DNA of 55,182 nucleotides from a virus (taxonomy: Duplodnaviria; Caudoviricetes), in the IMG/VR virus record IMGVR_UViG_3300027972_000014, positions 1 through 55,182 of that record; one strand, written 5' to 3'. This document shows, piece after piece, positions 1 through 8,094 of the stretch. Numbering within the stretch: the first letter of the stretch is position 1; every line of letters starts with the position of its first letter. The position numbers and the translations under genes were made by a program. A model generated the notes under the pieces. The model was not told where the DNA came from and did no database searches. It was given only the letters and a program-made list of their open reading frames with translations.

Positions 1-148
1 TTCGTGGATAAACACATTATCTGGGGGCAGGCCGAAATACTGATCAACTATCCAACCTGCAACACGTTTATTAACTAACATTATTATCTCCTATTCCAGT
101 TTCTTGAAATTATAATCACCCATCATTAACGTGTGCGGCTCGAAATGC
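1..148. repeat. Terminal direct repeat, left copy (circular assembly overlap)
   Basis: 1-148 equals 55035-55182 except position 22 (T) versus 55056 (C). Confidence 0.97.
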
Positions 149-1047
149 ACCGGCCAAATACCGCTCCCCTCATCGCCACGCTGTTTGAGTAATTTTATGA
201 GTAACAAAAACTTTTCTACCGGTATATCGTGACCGGCCACGTCTATCATTTCTCCAACCCGAATAACTTTCGCCGGTCTGAATAACGATATTTGCTTATC
301 AGCATCTTGCTCTATCGCACTGGCCCATTGGCAGTCCGCCATAGTCGGTATGGCTATCTTGTGCTGTTCAGTCTGGCGGCTGGCCTGCACCCCGGCGATA
401 ATTGGTACAGGCAATTCCATAGCCAGCATCTTGGTTTCGTGACTGGCCTCGGTCACTTCCTCCGTCCGGCTGCGCTTGCCCCTTATCGGTATCTTTTGTA
501 GATAGTCCAGGCATAATAGCACCGGTTCAATATTATGCTCATAGCGCAAAACGCGGATACATTCATAAATGGCGTCAATGGTCATTATAGGCTTTTTGCG
601 TTTGTCAGTCGCAGAATAACCAATGAGCCAAATAGGAAGATGAACGCGCTGAATAGCCTTGCGCCGTACAATATCCAGGTCAACACGTCCCCAGGCTAAA
701 TCGGTAGAATTATACTCCTCACCCGCCTGGAAAAATGCCTCAATTTGCTCTACCGGCTGCTCCCAAGATACGTATATAGCGCACTTGTTTGTCTCGCCGC
801 GCTCGACAATGCCCTGCGCCGTCCGTTTGGTCATATAGGCCATAAAGCTAGTTTTGTCGTGACCAGGCCGCCCAATAACGCTCATCACATCCCCAGGCAT
901 TAGAGGAATAACGTATTTGTCCATTATGCAGCCATAATTGATACGTGGAGCGGTTTGTAGAAATTCAGCCCACTTAACGTAATTGGTTGCGGTTTTGGCA
1001 GGGCTATGCAAGAATATGTCGGCAAAGTCTGTTGTCGGTTTGTTCAT
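91..1047 (-). CDS. DnaB-like replicative helicase (C-terminal RecA-type domain)
   Basis: Walker A-like GRPGHDKT, Walker B LCLDYLQ, SAIEQDAD, KQRG motifs; follows the initiator gene. Confidence 0.9.
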   Translation of the reverse strand: MNKPTTDFADIFLHSPAKTATNYVKWAEFLQTAPRINYGCIMDKYVIPLMPGDVMSVIGRPGHDKTSFMAYMTKRTAQGIVERGETNKCAIYVSWEQPVEQIEAFFQAGEEYNSTDLAWGRVDLDIVRRKAIQRVHLPIWLIGYSATDKRKKPIMTIDAIYECIRVLRYEHNIEPVLLCLDYLQKIPIRGKRSRTEEVTEASHETKMLAMELPVPIIAGVQASRQTEQHKIAIPTMADCQWASAIEQDADKQISLFRPAKVIRVGEMIDVAGHDIPVEKFLLLIKLLKQRGDEGSGIWPVHFEPHTLMMGDYNFKKLE

Positions 1048-1895
1048 ACAGCACCAAAGGAAAGTTTCTCTGTAGGCTTAATTGGTGTCTCTTGCTCGTA
1101 AGTTTTTCGCCTCCAGGCTTCATAACTGCCTCCGGCGTGATACATTTCTATTGCCCGCGCCACCTTGCCCTGCCCCTTGTAATGGCGGGCGGTATCCATT
1201 ACCGCCAGTTCCCAACGAGGCGGTTCAAAGTCGGGCAGGGCAACCAGGGCTAAAATATCACTCTTCTCTACCTGGTTAAATTGTCCCAGGTTGACTTGCG
1301 CCACCCGCAGAGCCGGGTCGCGGTGCTGCCAATAAACGTCTTGCGGGTTGGGCGCGGTGTCCTCGCTCACTCCCTTATTGGCATATTCCAGTATGTCAGC
1401 TAACGGCTCTTTGGTTGGTTTTGTTCCGTTGGTTTTACCAGGGGGAGAAGGCTTACTCTCTTTAGTTATTATTGGATTAGTAATTGCTGATTCAGTAATA
1501 TCTATATCACCACTTTCTTCGACGTTCACACTTTTGACGTTCACATCTTCGACGGTCACATTCTGTATACATCGAACATTGTCCGGGTTCATTTCTTTGC
1601 GTTCGTAAATCTCTGTGACCCATTCAATTCTACCACGTCCAACCATAGCCGGTTTATAAACCTTGTACCGGCGCAAATAACCTGCCTTTTTTAGCTCTCC
1701 CAAGTATCCGTTAACCTTGCGCCTACCATCAGGCGACTTGCGGTAAAGGTCATAGTTACGAACCTCCCACCCGTCGGGCTTACTGAGAAGATAACCCATA
1801 ATACCACGCGCTCCCCAGGACATAGCCGGGTCGTTAAATGGTTCGTTACTGGCGTGAAAATAATTCTTATCTTTGGTAACTCTAACGATGCTCAT
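1044..1895 (-). CDS. Phage replication initiator (N-terminal HTH, lambda O-like organisation)
   Basis: N-terminus KNYFHASNEPFNDPAMSWGARGIMGYLLSKPDGW...LGELKKAGYLRR is typical; internal iterons; helicase directly downstream. Confidence 0.8.
   Translation of the reverse strand: MSIVRVTKDKNYFHASNEPFNDPAMSWGARGIMGYLLSKPDGWEVRNYDLYRKSPDGRRKVNGYLGELKKAGYLRRYKVYKPAMVGRGRIEWVTEIYERKEMNPDNVRCIQNVTVEDVNVKSVNVEESGDIDITESAITNPIITKESKPSPPGKTNGTKPTKEPLADILEYANKGVSEDTAPNPQDVYWQHRDPALRVAQVNLGQFNQVEKSDILALVALPDFEPPRWELAVMDTARHYKGQGKVARAIEMYHAGGSYEAWRRKTYEQETPIKPTEKLSFGAV
1516..1560. repeat. Three tandem 15-bp iterons, putative replication origin
   Basis: tcttcgacgttcaca / cttttgacgttcaca / tcttcgacggtcaca inside the initiator gene. 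Confidence 0.7.
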
Positions 1896-1954
1896 ATTAA
1901 ACTCCTTTGCTCACTAACCAATATCCTAAAAAGTAGCCATTCATATAACCCTCC

Positions 1955-2626
1955 TTAATTATCAAACCAAAATACCAGTCTAACATCATCTGGATTGCCA
2001 AGCGATTTCATATTCTCCAACGTATCAAACCACTGTTTACCAATAGCATCGCGGTATGTTTCTTCCCAGGCGAGTTGAACATAGTATGATGTATTTTCGT
2101 CACGCTTAAACTCGCCAGAGATAATTTTATCCATTAAGGTTTGACATATTTCTTCTACATTTCTACCCGCCACATCACCGCAATAGCCTGTTTTTATCCC
2201 GTCTTTCTGAGCAATATATTCTTCTTCACTAAACACACCAAATAGAGTTGTCTTTTGCTCATAATCGTAATTTAGTACCTCAGACAATAACAGCCACGAA
2301 TGACCGTGTCCGTCCCCGTCCCATTTGTCACTATCAAGTTTTACATATTCCGTGACATCATCCGGCAGACCTCTTGGCATTGATATTGGCTTAAAACTAA
2401 CGCCGGTTGGACACCCGGCAAATCCGCGCCCGTTACGGACATTCGCCAGGACTGCAAAAAGATTATAGTTTCGGTGAATATAAAGCTTGCTGTCAATCAT
2501 TTTGTCCCAATTATATTCTGGCTCGCCGTCGTCATAAGTTCCACGTTGAAACTCTTTTTGCCAATCAAAATACTCCCATTGTCCATTCTTTTTTACTTCG
2601 ATATACGGATGAATATCGCAACCCAT
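1955..2626 (-). CDS. Conserved phage protein (MGCDIH... family), function unknown
   Basis: MGCDIH start, RNYNLFAVLANVRN, PRGLPDD, HGHSWL, DVRLVFWFDN end. Confidence 0.75.
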   Translation of the reverse strand: MGCDIHPYIEVKKNGQWEYFDWQKEFQRGTYDDGEPEYNWDKMIDSKLYIHRNYNLFAVLANVRNGRGFAGCPTGVSFKPISMPRGLPDDVTEYVKLDSDKWDGDGHGHSWLLLSEVLNYDYEQKTTLFGVFSEEEYIAQKDGIKTGYCGDVAGRNVEEICQTLMDKIISGEFKRDENTSYYVQLAWEETYRDAIGKQWFDTLENMKSLGNPDDVRLVFWFDN

Positions 2627-2664
2627 TTTATAAAATCCTTTCTATTTATTAAATATTTTACAAT

Positions 2665-2765
2665 AAAAAAACCCACTTTCGGTAGTATCCCCCCCAATAT
2701 CATAGCCTTTGGAGGTAGCGGCCCCCTTAATTAAAAAGGGGGATACTCCCGGAAATGGGTCTTTT
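2665..2765 (-). terminator. Long stem-loop with U-tract (attenuator-like)
   Basis: aacccactttcggtagtatcccccc ... ggggggatactcccggaaatgggtt inverted repeat, followed by a T run on the minus strand. Confidence 0.7.
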
Positions 2766-2841
2766 AACTTATCATATTTACTTCGGCTATGATACTTTGG
2801 TTAATTTGTTTCAACGATTGCCGCTAACAACCGTCAAATTC

Positions 2842-2870
2842 ATTATAAGCCACTTCGCTCAAAATGTCAA
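2842..2870 (-). promoter_or_regulatory. Sigma70-type promoter
   Basis: TTGACA-17bp-TATAAT on the minus strand. Confidence 0.8.
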
Positions 2871-3104
2871 TAACCAATTCACCAACGCCCGGCACGTTAC
2901 CGGGTAAAACTTTTTAACCCTGTCTTGCTCCGTGATATTCTTGATAACAAAAACCGCATCGTCCGGCTTCATTATCTGCTTACCTCTGGCGTTCACCATC
3001 CGTGTAAATCTGGCTACGTCACCGGCACGAAATGCTTGTAAGTCGCACGCCAGAATTAAGGCGGTTTGTAAATTCAACTTTGCATGCATCTGATATACGT
3101 TCAT
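2859..3104 (-). CDS. Hypothetical protein
   Basis: ORF coupled to the primase stop codon. Confidence 0.55.
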   Translation of the reverse strand: MNVYQMHAKLNLQTALILACDLQAFRAGDVARFTRMVNARGKQIMKPDDAVFVIKNITEQDRVKKFYPVTCRALVNWLLTF

Positions 3105-3997
3105 TTTATCCTATATCCCTGCTCCAAATACTTCGCCATATCCCTGACCGACGCCCCGTACAAAACAAGCATATCATCAGGCTTTGCCGGTAGGTGGCAC
3201 ACCCTCGTATCAAAACCAGCCGCGCCAAACAACGCGCCGGTCTTGATGGCCTGCTCCTCCGCGCCTGGGTCAAAGGCGATATAAACCGTTACGCCAACCG
3301 GGAACAATTTCAGCCACTTGGCCTTGAATGAGGATGCGCCCGGTACGCCAACCGTGCAAAAGCCACATTGGTTAAGTACCATTGCCTTAACCTCGCCCTC
3401 AACAATTATCACTTGCCAGTCAGAGTTAGCCAGCACATCAGCATCGAATAAGGCATTGGGAAGCCCTGCCATTTCCGGCCGATACTTACCGCAGCCATTG
3501 GGAGACACAAGCCGATGTCTGATGTTAAAAAGCCTGTTTTGGTATTTTATGGGAATTGTCCAGGATGCGCTGCCGGGGCAAGTCGGGCATATCTCAGAGT
3601 AGCCAAGTTGATATTTGTCTATCGTCTCATCATTTAACCCTTGCCTGTACCAGTAGCCCCGGTCGGACATTTGTTTGTGATACCGTTCCGCGTTGGGCGA
3701 GTTGGCTATTCGCTCCAAAGCTGGCCGGTAGGCTTCTGCTTCGCGTTCTTCCTGCTCCTGTTTCCACCTGGCATATTCAGCCGGGGGTAACGTCAAAATT
3801 AAACTGTCTTTGACAAAACCTTTTAGCCCACACTCCCTACACCAATAATTACCGGTATCATCCCAATACAAAAACCTCTTTGTTCCCCCACACCCAGGGC
3901 ATGTTGACGAATATTCGTGGCTTGTTTTTGACTTTTGTTGACGGTTGGGAAGTAACTCAATATCTGCTTTTGTCAGGCTAATTGCGGTTGTAGTCAT
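3101..3997 (-). CDS. DNA primase (Zn-binding domain plus TOPRIM)
   Basis: CPGCGG...WCRECG zinc motif; IIVEGEVKAM, GVPGA and IAFDPG TOPRIM motifs; start adjusted to MTTTAIS. Confidence 0.88.
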   Translation of the reverse strand: MTTTAISLTKADIELLPNRQQKSKTSHEYSSTCPGCGGTKRFLYWDDTGNYWCRECGLKGFVKDSLILTLPPAEYARWKQEQEEREAEAYRPALERIANSPNAERYHKQMSDRGYWYRQGLNDETIDKYQLGYSEICPTCPGSASWTIPIKYQNRLFNIRHRLVSPNGCGKYRPEMAGLPNALFDADVLANSDWQVIIVEGEVKAMVLNQCGFCTVGVPGASSFKAKWLKLFPVGVTVYIAFDPGAEEQAIKTGALFGAAGFDTRVCHLPAKPDDMLVLYGASVRDMAKYLEQGYRIK

Positions 3998-4172
3998 TTC
4001 CGGCAGCCTCCTCCAGCACGTCCAAAATATCAAGCCACGTTTTGGAGCGTGGCAATTGTCGCTCTAATGCCAACCGCCGTGACTTCCAAAATAGAAGTTG
4101 GTCACGGTGGTACTCTTCTTGTTGCAATGCTTCGTCTAATTCGTTACTGAGTTTTTTGGCTTCATTGTCCAT
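3978..4172 (-). CDS. Small coiled-coil hypothetical protein
   Basis: ORF with RBS, first gene after the attenuator-like leader. Confidence 0.55.
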   Translation of the reverse strand: MDNEAKKLSNELDEALQQEEYHRDQLLFWKSRRLALERQLPRSKTWLDILDVLEEAAGNDYNRN

Positions 4173-4194
4173 TGTATCCTGCTTTGTGGGGAAA

Positions 4195-4285
4195 TAAAAA
4201 ACCCGGCTCTCTCGTTAGCTTCGGCTCTAGCAGTCCGCCGGACACATAGAGCGGGTTAGCCAAAGCCAACGAGAGAAACGGGTTT
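4195..4285 (-). terminator. Long stem-loop with U-tract (attenuator-like)
   Basis: aacccggctctctcgttagcttcggct ... agccaaagccaacgagagaaacgggtt inverted repeat plus T run. Confidence 0.7.
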
Positions 4286-4352
4286 CCCTGTTGTTATGCG
4301 TCCTGTTGTATTACTTTGCCCGGCTGCTAGACGAGCATTAAGTTGTTAAGAT

Positions 4353-4380
4353 ATTATACCACATCCTGCGCCCGTGTCAA
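4353..4380 (-). promoter_or_regulatory. Sigma70-type promoter with extended -10
   Basis: TTGACA-16bp-TATAAT, with TGTGG before the -10. Confidence 0.75.
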
Positions 4381-4408
4381 TAACCAATCACCTCACCGAA
4401 ATTGGCGC

Positions 4409-4445
4409 AAGGAAGCCCCCGCCTTCAGGCGTGGGGCTAGTTTAC
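4409..4445 (+). mobile_element. IS200/IS605-like end hairpin remnant
   Basis: aaggaagcccccgccttcaggcgtggggctagtttac resembles IS605-family right ends; no tnpA or tnpB nearby. Confidence 0.45.
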
Positions 4446-4711
4446 CCGCTCCCAATACCCGCTATGTTGCTGTCCCCGGTATCCTGTGTTGGAAAATATT
4501 TATTTATAAATTCCGTGTCGGTATCGTCTATTATTTTAACACTAACAGACGACGCACCGAAATCAATATACTCTTTGAGTAATTTTCTAAATTGCTCCTT
4601 ATCCTCTTTATTTTCATTGCACCCATCTACCCACAAATCAATTATGAAATACATTGTAACCTCCGTTGTCAAAATACTATCCACCATAGCTATCCTTGCC
4701 GCCAAAGCCAA
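4442..4711 (-). CDS. Hypothetical protein
   Basis: ORF track; start uncertain. Confidence 0.45.
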   Translation of the reverse strand: MALAARIAMVDSILTTEVTMYFIIDLWVDGCNENKEDKEQFRKLLKEYIDFGASSVSVKIIDDTDTEFINKYFPTQDTGDSNIAGIGSG

Positions 4712-4858
4712 ACTCTATTTAACATTCACCACCCCCAAATACGGGCTATCTCGTTTCCTAACCAGATACAAGCCGTAACTGCACCGCAGCCAAAGATGAG
4801 CGAGGTGATAACAATTACCAACCAACCGGGTATTTGCTCCAATAATTTGCTAAACATA

Positions 4859-5098
4859 TCATTCTCCTGTCACAAAAAAATGTTTATCAGTTACTGACGA
4901 GTCAAGGCGCAACTCGATACCCGCCAATGTGATACCTTGCGCTTCACCAGGACGGAACAATACCACCGTCGCAGGTTTGCCAAACTTGACGGCGTACCGT
5001 TTTAAGCCGGTGGCAACCAGGGCGGCCAAGTCGTCTTTTGCGCCAAATGAGAATGCTAACATTAGTTGAGACATCTCAACCCGCCTTTTCTTTTTCAA
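4859..5098 (-). CDS. Hypothetical protein
   Basis: ORF within the minus-strand operon. Confidence 0.55.
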   Translation of the reverse strand: MKKKRRVEMSQLMLAFSFGAKDDLAALVATGLKRYAVKFGKPATVVLFRPGEAQGITLAGIELRLDSSVTDKHFFVTGE

Positions 5099-5369
5099 GG
5101 TTTGCTAAAAACCCGTCAGTTTCTATTGCCTGCGACCATTGCGACGGTCTAAGTAATGGTCGGTTATTCTGCCAATATTGCAATGCCAGCCGTATGCCCC
5201 GGCTGACTTCACCATCACCGATTACCCGCGCCAGGTCGCGCAAGCTTTCGGGCAACACCGCCGAAACGCGGATACTTTTCTCTTTGCTTAAAAACTTACG
5301 TCCTCTTTTGGTCATAGTTACCATCCTGTTATTAATTGACCGGCGGCCAGGTTGGTCGCCAGCGTCCAT
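5076..5369 (-). CDS. Putative ribbon-helix-helix-like DNA-binding protein
   Basis: KRGRK...IRVSAVLPESLRDLARVIGDGEVSRGIRLAL. Confidence 0.55.
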   Translation of the reverse strand: MDAGDQPGRRSINNRMVTMTKRGRKFLSKEKSIRVSAVLPESLRDLARVIGDGEVSRGIRLALQYWQNNRPLLRPSQWSQAIETDGFLANLEKEKAG

Positions 5370-5461
5370 TGAATTCGCCGGTTGATTTGCAGTTGCGATA
5401 CCGGCTTGTGTTTTTGATTGAAAAATGCTATAATTTTGCTCATAGTATTTTCATATTTTGT

Positions 5462-5498
5462 ATAGCTCCCCTGGGTCACACCGGGGGAGCTATTGTTT
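5462..5498. terminator. Stem-loop terminator
   Basis: atagctcccc-tgggtcacacc-ggggagctat. Confidence 0.65.
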
Positions 5499-5770
5499 TA
5501 TTCCTCACCTTGCCAATGCCCGCCGTTGTCAAATTCGCCGAACCTAAATTCCGGGTCATCTCTATCCTCTGGTAAGATACCTCCGCCGGAGTGATACCTT
5601 TCTCCAAGCTCTCGACATTGGTTCGGGAAAGCCATTAAAAGTCGTTCTTGATTGGTATTGTCTGCGAAACGAGCAGCAGCCATAATGAGGGCATAAAACG
5701 GGTCACTATCCAACTTCGCGGAGTGGGCTGCTATTTTAATTGACAATTGATAGTCTCTATATGACATCAT
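5498..5770 (-). CDS. Conserved small phage protein
   Basis: PFYALIMAAARFADNTNQERLLMAFP...ERYHSGGG; RBS lies in the 47-bp repeat. Confidence 0.7.
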   Translation of the reverse strand: MMSYRDYQLSIKIAAHSAKLDSDPFYALIMAAARFADNTNQERLLMAFPNQCRELGERYHSGGGILPEDRDDPEFRFGEFDNGGHWQGEE

Positions 5771-5810
5771 TCCTCTTTGCCCGGCTATGAGCCGCCGGGC
5801 GTGGCTATTA
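5764..5810 (-). repeat. 47-bp intergenic repeat, copy 1 (stop-hairpin-RBS-ATG)
   Basis: acatcattcctctttgcccggctatgagccgccgggcgtggctatta. Confidence 0.9.
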
Positions 5811-5813
5811 TTT

Positions 5814-6023
5814 TTACATTCTCTCTTCGTGGTTTTTTAGTTCGTCAATTTGTTCTTGGAGTTTTGAAATTTTACCATAAACGGATTTTAAGGCGATAGC
5901 GGCTATAACTTCCCAGCAATTACCGCATACATATTTGGTACATTTCTCTCCCTCATAATCCATTTCCAGGGGGAACAAGCCTCTTGTCTTTTCACAAATT
6001 GCACATTTTCTATCATACATCAT
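5814..6023 (-). CDS. Small Cys-rich (CxxC...CxxC) protein
   Basis: CAIC...CGNC; lies between the two 47-bp repeats. Confidence 0.65.
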   Translation of the reverse strand: MMYDRKCAICEKTRGLFPLEMDYEGEKCTKYVCGNCWEVIAAIALKSVYGKISKLQEQIDELKNHEERM

Positions 6024-6063
6024 TCCTCTTTGCCCGGCTACGAGCCGCCGGGCGTGGCTATTA
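6017..6063 (-). repeat. 47-bp intergenic repeat, copy 2
   Basis: One mismatch to 5764-5810. Confidence 0.9.
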
Positions 6064-6306
6064 AAGGACTATTGCTCTTTCCGGGGGATAACACCCCCAG
6101 TATTTCCACTCGCCCAGTTGCCCCGTCTCCAGGTCAATGTCGGCGTAGAAACATTCCACGCTGTTGTGTTCGTGTTTGTAGAAAAGAAACGGGGAAAGGT
6201 AATCGCAGTGAGTTGCGCGGGCCTCGCGGGCTACATTACGGTAAACGTGTCTCAGGTCTTGCAGGTGGTTTGCATCCACCCTGCCGCAAATAGTGCATTT
6301 TTCCAT
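6061..6306 (-). CDS. Hypothetical protein
   Basis: RBS AGGAG; ends in repeat copy 2. Confidence 0.6.
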   Translation of the reverse strand: MEKCTICGRVDANHLQDLRHVYRNVAREARATHCDYLSPFLFYKHEHNSVECFYADIDLETGQLGEWKYWGCYPPERAIVL

Positions 6307-6397
6307 TGGTTTCTCCTGTAGCCGCCGCCCGGTCTGGTTTGGTCTGGCGCGCCGGGCGTGGCGGCTGATAAGGCATTGCGCCGTCTCGCCTGGATAA

Positions 6398-6592
6398 CTA
6401 TTCTTCTCCGTCCAGGATATTTTGGATATAACGATAAGCCCTGCTTAATCCTTCATATTCTCCTTCGAGATAGATGGCGCGTAAATCATTGCCCGTGTTG
6501 CGATACTTATTCGCTCGTAGCTTTCTATCTTCGAGAATAGTATCGAGGTTTTTTAATTCGGCTTGTAACTTTTCTTTAAGTGTCATTGTCAT
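6398..6592 (-). CDS. Hypothetical protein
   Basis: RBS AAGGAG. Confidence 0.6.
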   Translation of the reverse strand: MTMTLKEKLQAELKNLDTILEDRKLRANKYRNTGNDLRAIYLEGEYEGLSRAYRYIQNILDGEE

Positions 6593-6678
6593 TCTCCTTT
6601 TTTGGTTTAACCGCTCCTCGAAGCCCGCGACCTTACCCGGACGGCTTGCGCCTCACCCGGCGGGGCTTCGAGCGGCGG

Positions 6679-6861
6679 TTAAGCCGCTAAAGTATCAGGG
6701 TATGTTTGCTTTAGTAAAGTTAAAGCAGATTTTAGTAGTCCATTCGAACTTCGCAAAGTTGCTTCGTCTTCCCAGTCAGTGGGTGACATTTTTTGGAGTT
6801 TCATTTGAGCTTGTTTTAGTTCGTATAAAAGCTGTTGCATTTCTGATAATTTTTCGTTCAT
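6679..6861 (-). CDS. Hypothetical protein, first gene of an early unit
   Basis: RBS GGAG, directly after a consensus promoter. Confidence 0.6.
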   Translation of the reverse strand: MNEKLSEMQQLLYELKQAQMKLQKMSPTDWEDEATLRSSNGLLKSALTLLKQTYPDTLAA

Positions 6862-6905
6862 TTTCGTGTCTCCGTGTCGCTCATTTATTTCGTATCTTGA
6901 GGTCT

Positions 6906-6935
6906 ATTATATCATACTTAATTACCATTTGTCAA
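6906..6935 (-). promoter_or_regulatory. Sigma70-type early promoter
   Basis: TTGACA-18bp-TATAAT; near-copy at 50849-50877. Confidence 0.75.
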
Positions 6936-7175
6936 TACTTTTTCTAACTATTTAGCGCGAGTTTTGCCGAATTTACCTTAAAATTATACTGAACATATTG
7001 CATAGTTTAGCGAGTTGTGGTACACTCTTAATTGTAGCTCAGCAACATTGCGGAAATTTACGACGGGCTACCATCAAAAGCCTGCGCCGTTCGTGACAGT
7101 GAATTATACTAAAATTCGCGGGCTGCCGTACAGGCAACTTGACGGCGGCGCGGGCAATATCAAAGGAGTAAGGCA

Positions 7176-7394
7176 TTGAAACGAAACCCAGATAATGACG
7201 GGGTATGGATGTCACGCGCAGAAGCAGCCAGGTATCTTGGCACAACTCGGTCTACCGTTGCCAAACTGGAGAAAAGTGGAAAACTGATTGGCTGTAAGCC
7301 GGGTAGTTATTGTCTCGTATCCGTTGCCTCAATCAAGGCATACCTTGCCGGGGTGCAACAGATAAAAGATGAGGCGCTGGCGAAGGTGAAATGA
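7176..7394 (+). CDS. Excisionase/MerR-like HTH DNA-binding protein
   Basis: WMSRAEAARYLGTTRSTVAKLEKSGKL...VSVASIKAYL. Confidence 0.75.
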   Translation: MKRNPDNDGVWMSRAEAARYLGTTRSTVAKLEKSGKLIGCKPGSYCLVSVASIKAYLAGVQQIKDEALAKVK

Positions 7395-7816
7395 AATACA
7401 TTGTTATCATCCTGGCGTTACTTGGACTCTTGTTTTTTGCTGTTGGCTATGCCAATAGCCGGGCTACGGAGCGCAACTATAGTGAGGCAGCCATTGTTCG
7501 CGCCCAGGCTGAAAGCCGGTTGACGACGGCAACAGCCGGGGCGATTACATCGGTGGCATTGTTACCCTGGGGAGTGTTGGGAATTGTAGGGGTGTTGGGG
7601 TTGGCGGTTACGGCCCTGGCGGGGAGTATTGTTCATTCCACGCTGATGCGCAACAAACATATCATCGAGCGGCAGGTTATATACTTGCCCGCTCCCGGTC
7701 AGTCCAGGGCGCAGGTGTGGGCCGGGGTGTCTAATGTGGCGCAACTTGGCGCGGGTGGTGATGCTATCTCGGTTGAGATGTCTCAACCGGCGAGGTGTAT
7801 CGAGGTGGTACGATGA
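7391..7816 (+). CDS. Membrane protein
   Basis: Two hydrophobic segments; translationally coupled. Confidence 0.65.
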   Translation: MKYIVIILALLGLLFFAVGYANSRATERNYSEAAIVRAQAESRLTTATAGAITSVALLPWGVLGIVGVLGLAVTALAGSIVHSTLMRNKHIIERQVIYLPAPGQSRAQVWAGVSNVAQLGAGGDAISVEMSQPARCIEVVR

Positions 7817-8094
7817 CTCTATCCTCAACCGCAATTATGATATGGACACGCACCAATGACGCGCAGGAATTTATTGTACCATTTCAATTGCAGCGCAATT
7901 ACTCCAGGCAATTTTTACAAGCTGTTTTTATCTGGCTCATAGCAACAGGGATAACCGGTGAATGGGCAATTGACAGAATTGGTGAAGTTCTTGCCAATGG
8001 GATGTTTGTTGCGCTGATGTCTGTTGTTTTTGTTTGCGTAGGCATTGCCTATATTGAGGCATTATGCGAAAGAAGCAAAATGCGGCAACGGTAG
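7795..8094 (+). CDS. Membrane protein
   Basis: Two hydrophobic segments. Confidence 0.55.
   Translation: MYRGGTMTLSSTAIMIWTRTNDAQEFIVPFQLQRNYSRQFLQAVFIWLIATGITGEWAIDRIGEVLANGMFVALMSVVFVCVGIAYIEALCERSKMRQR

Noticed and set aside
5764-6063. 47-bp direct repeats as a mini CRISPR array
   Set aside because: The interval is a 206-bp protein-coding gene and the repeat contains an RBS and start codon
7176-7394. Integration module implied by the Xis-like gene
   Set aside because: No tyrosine or serine integrase motifs in any ORF, and no attP supportable
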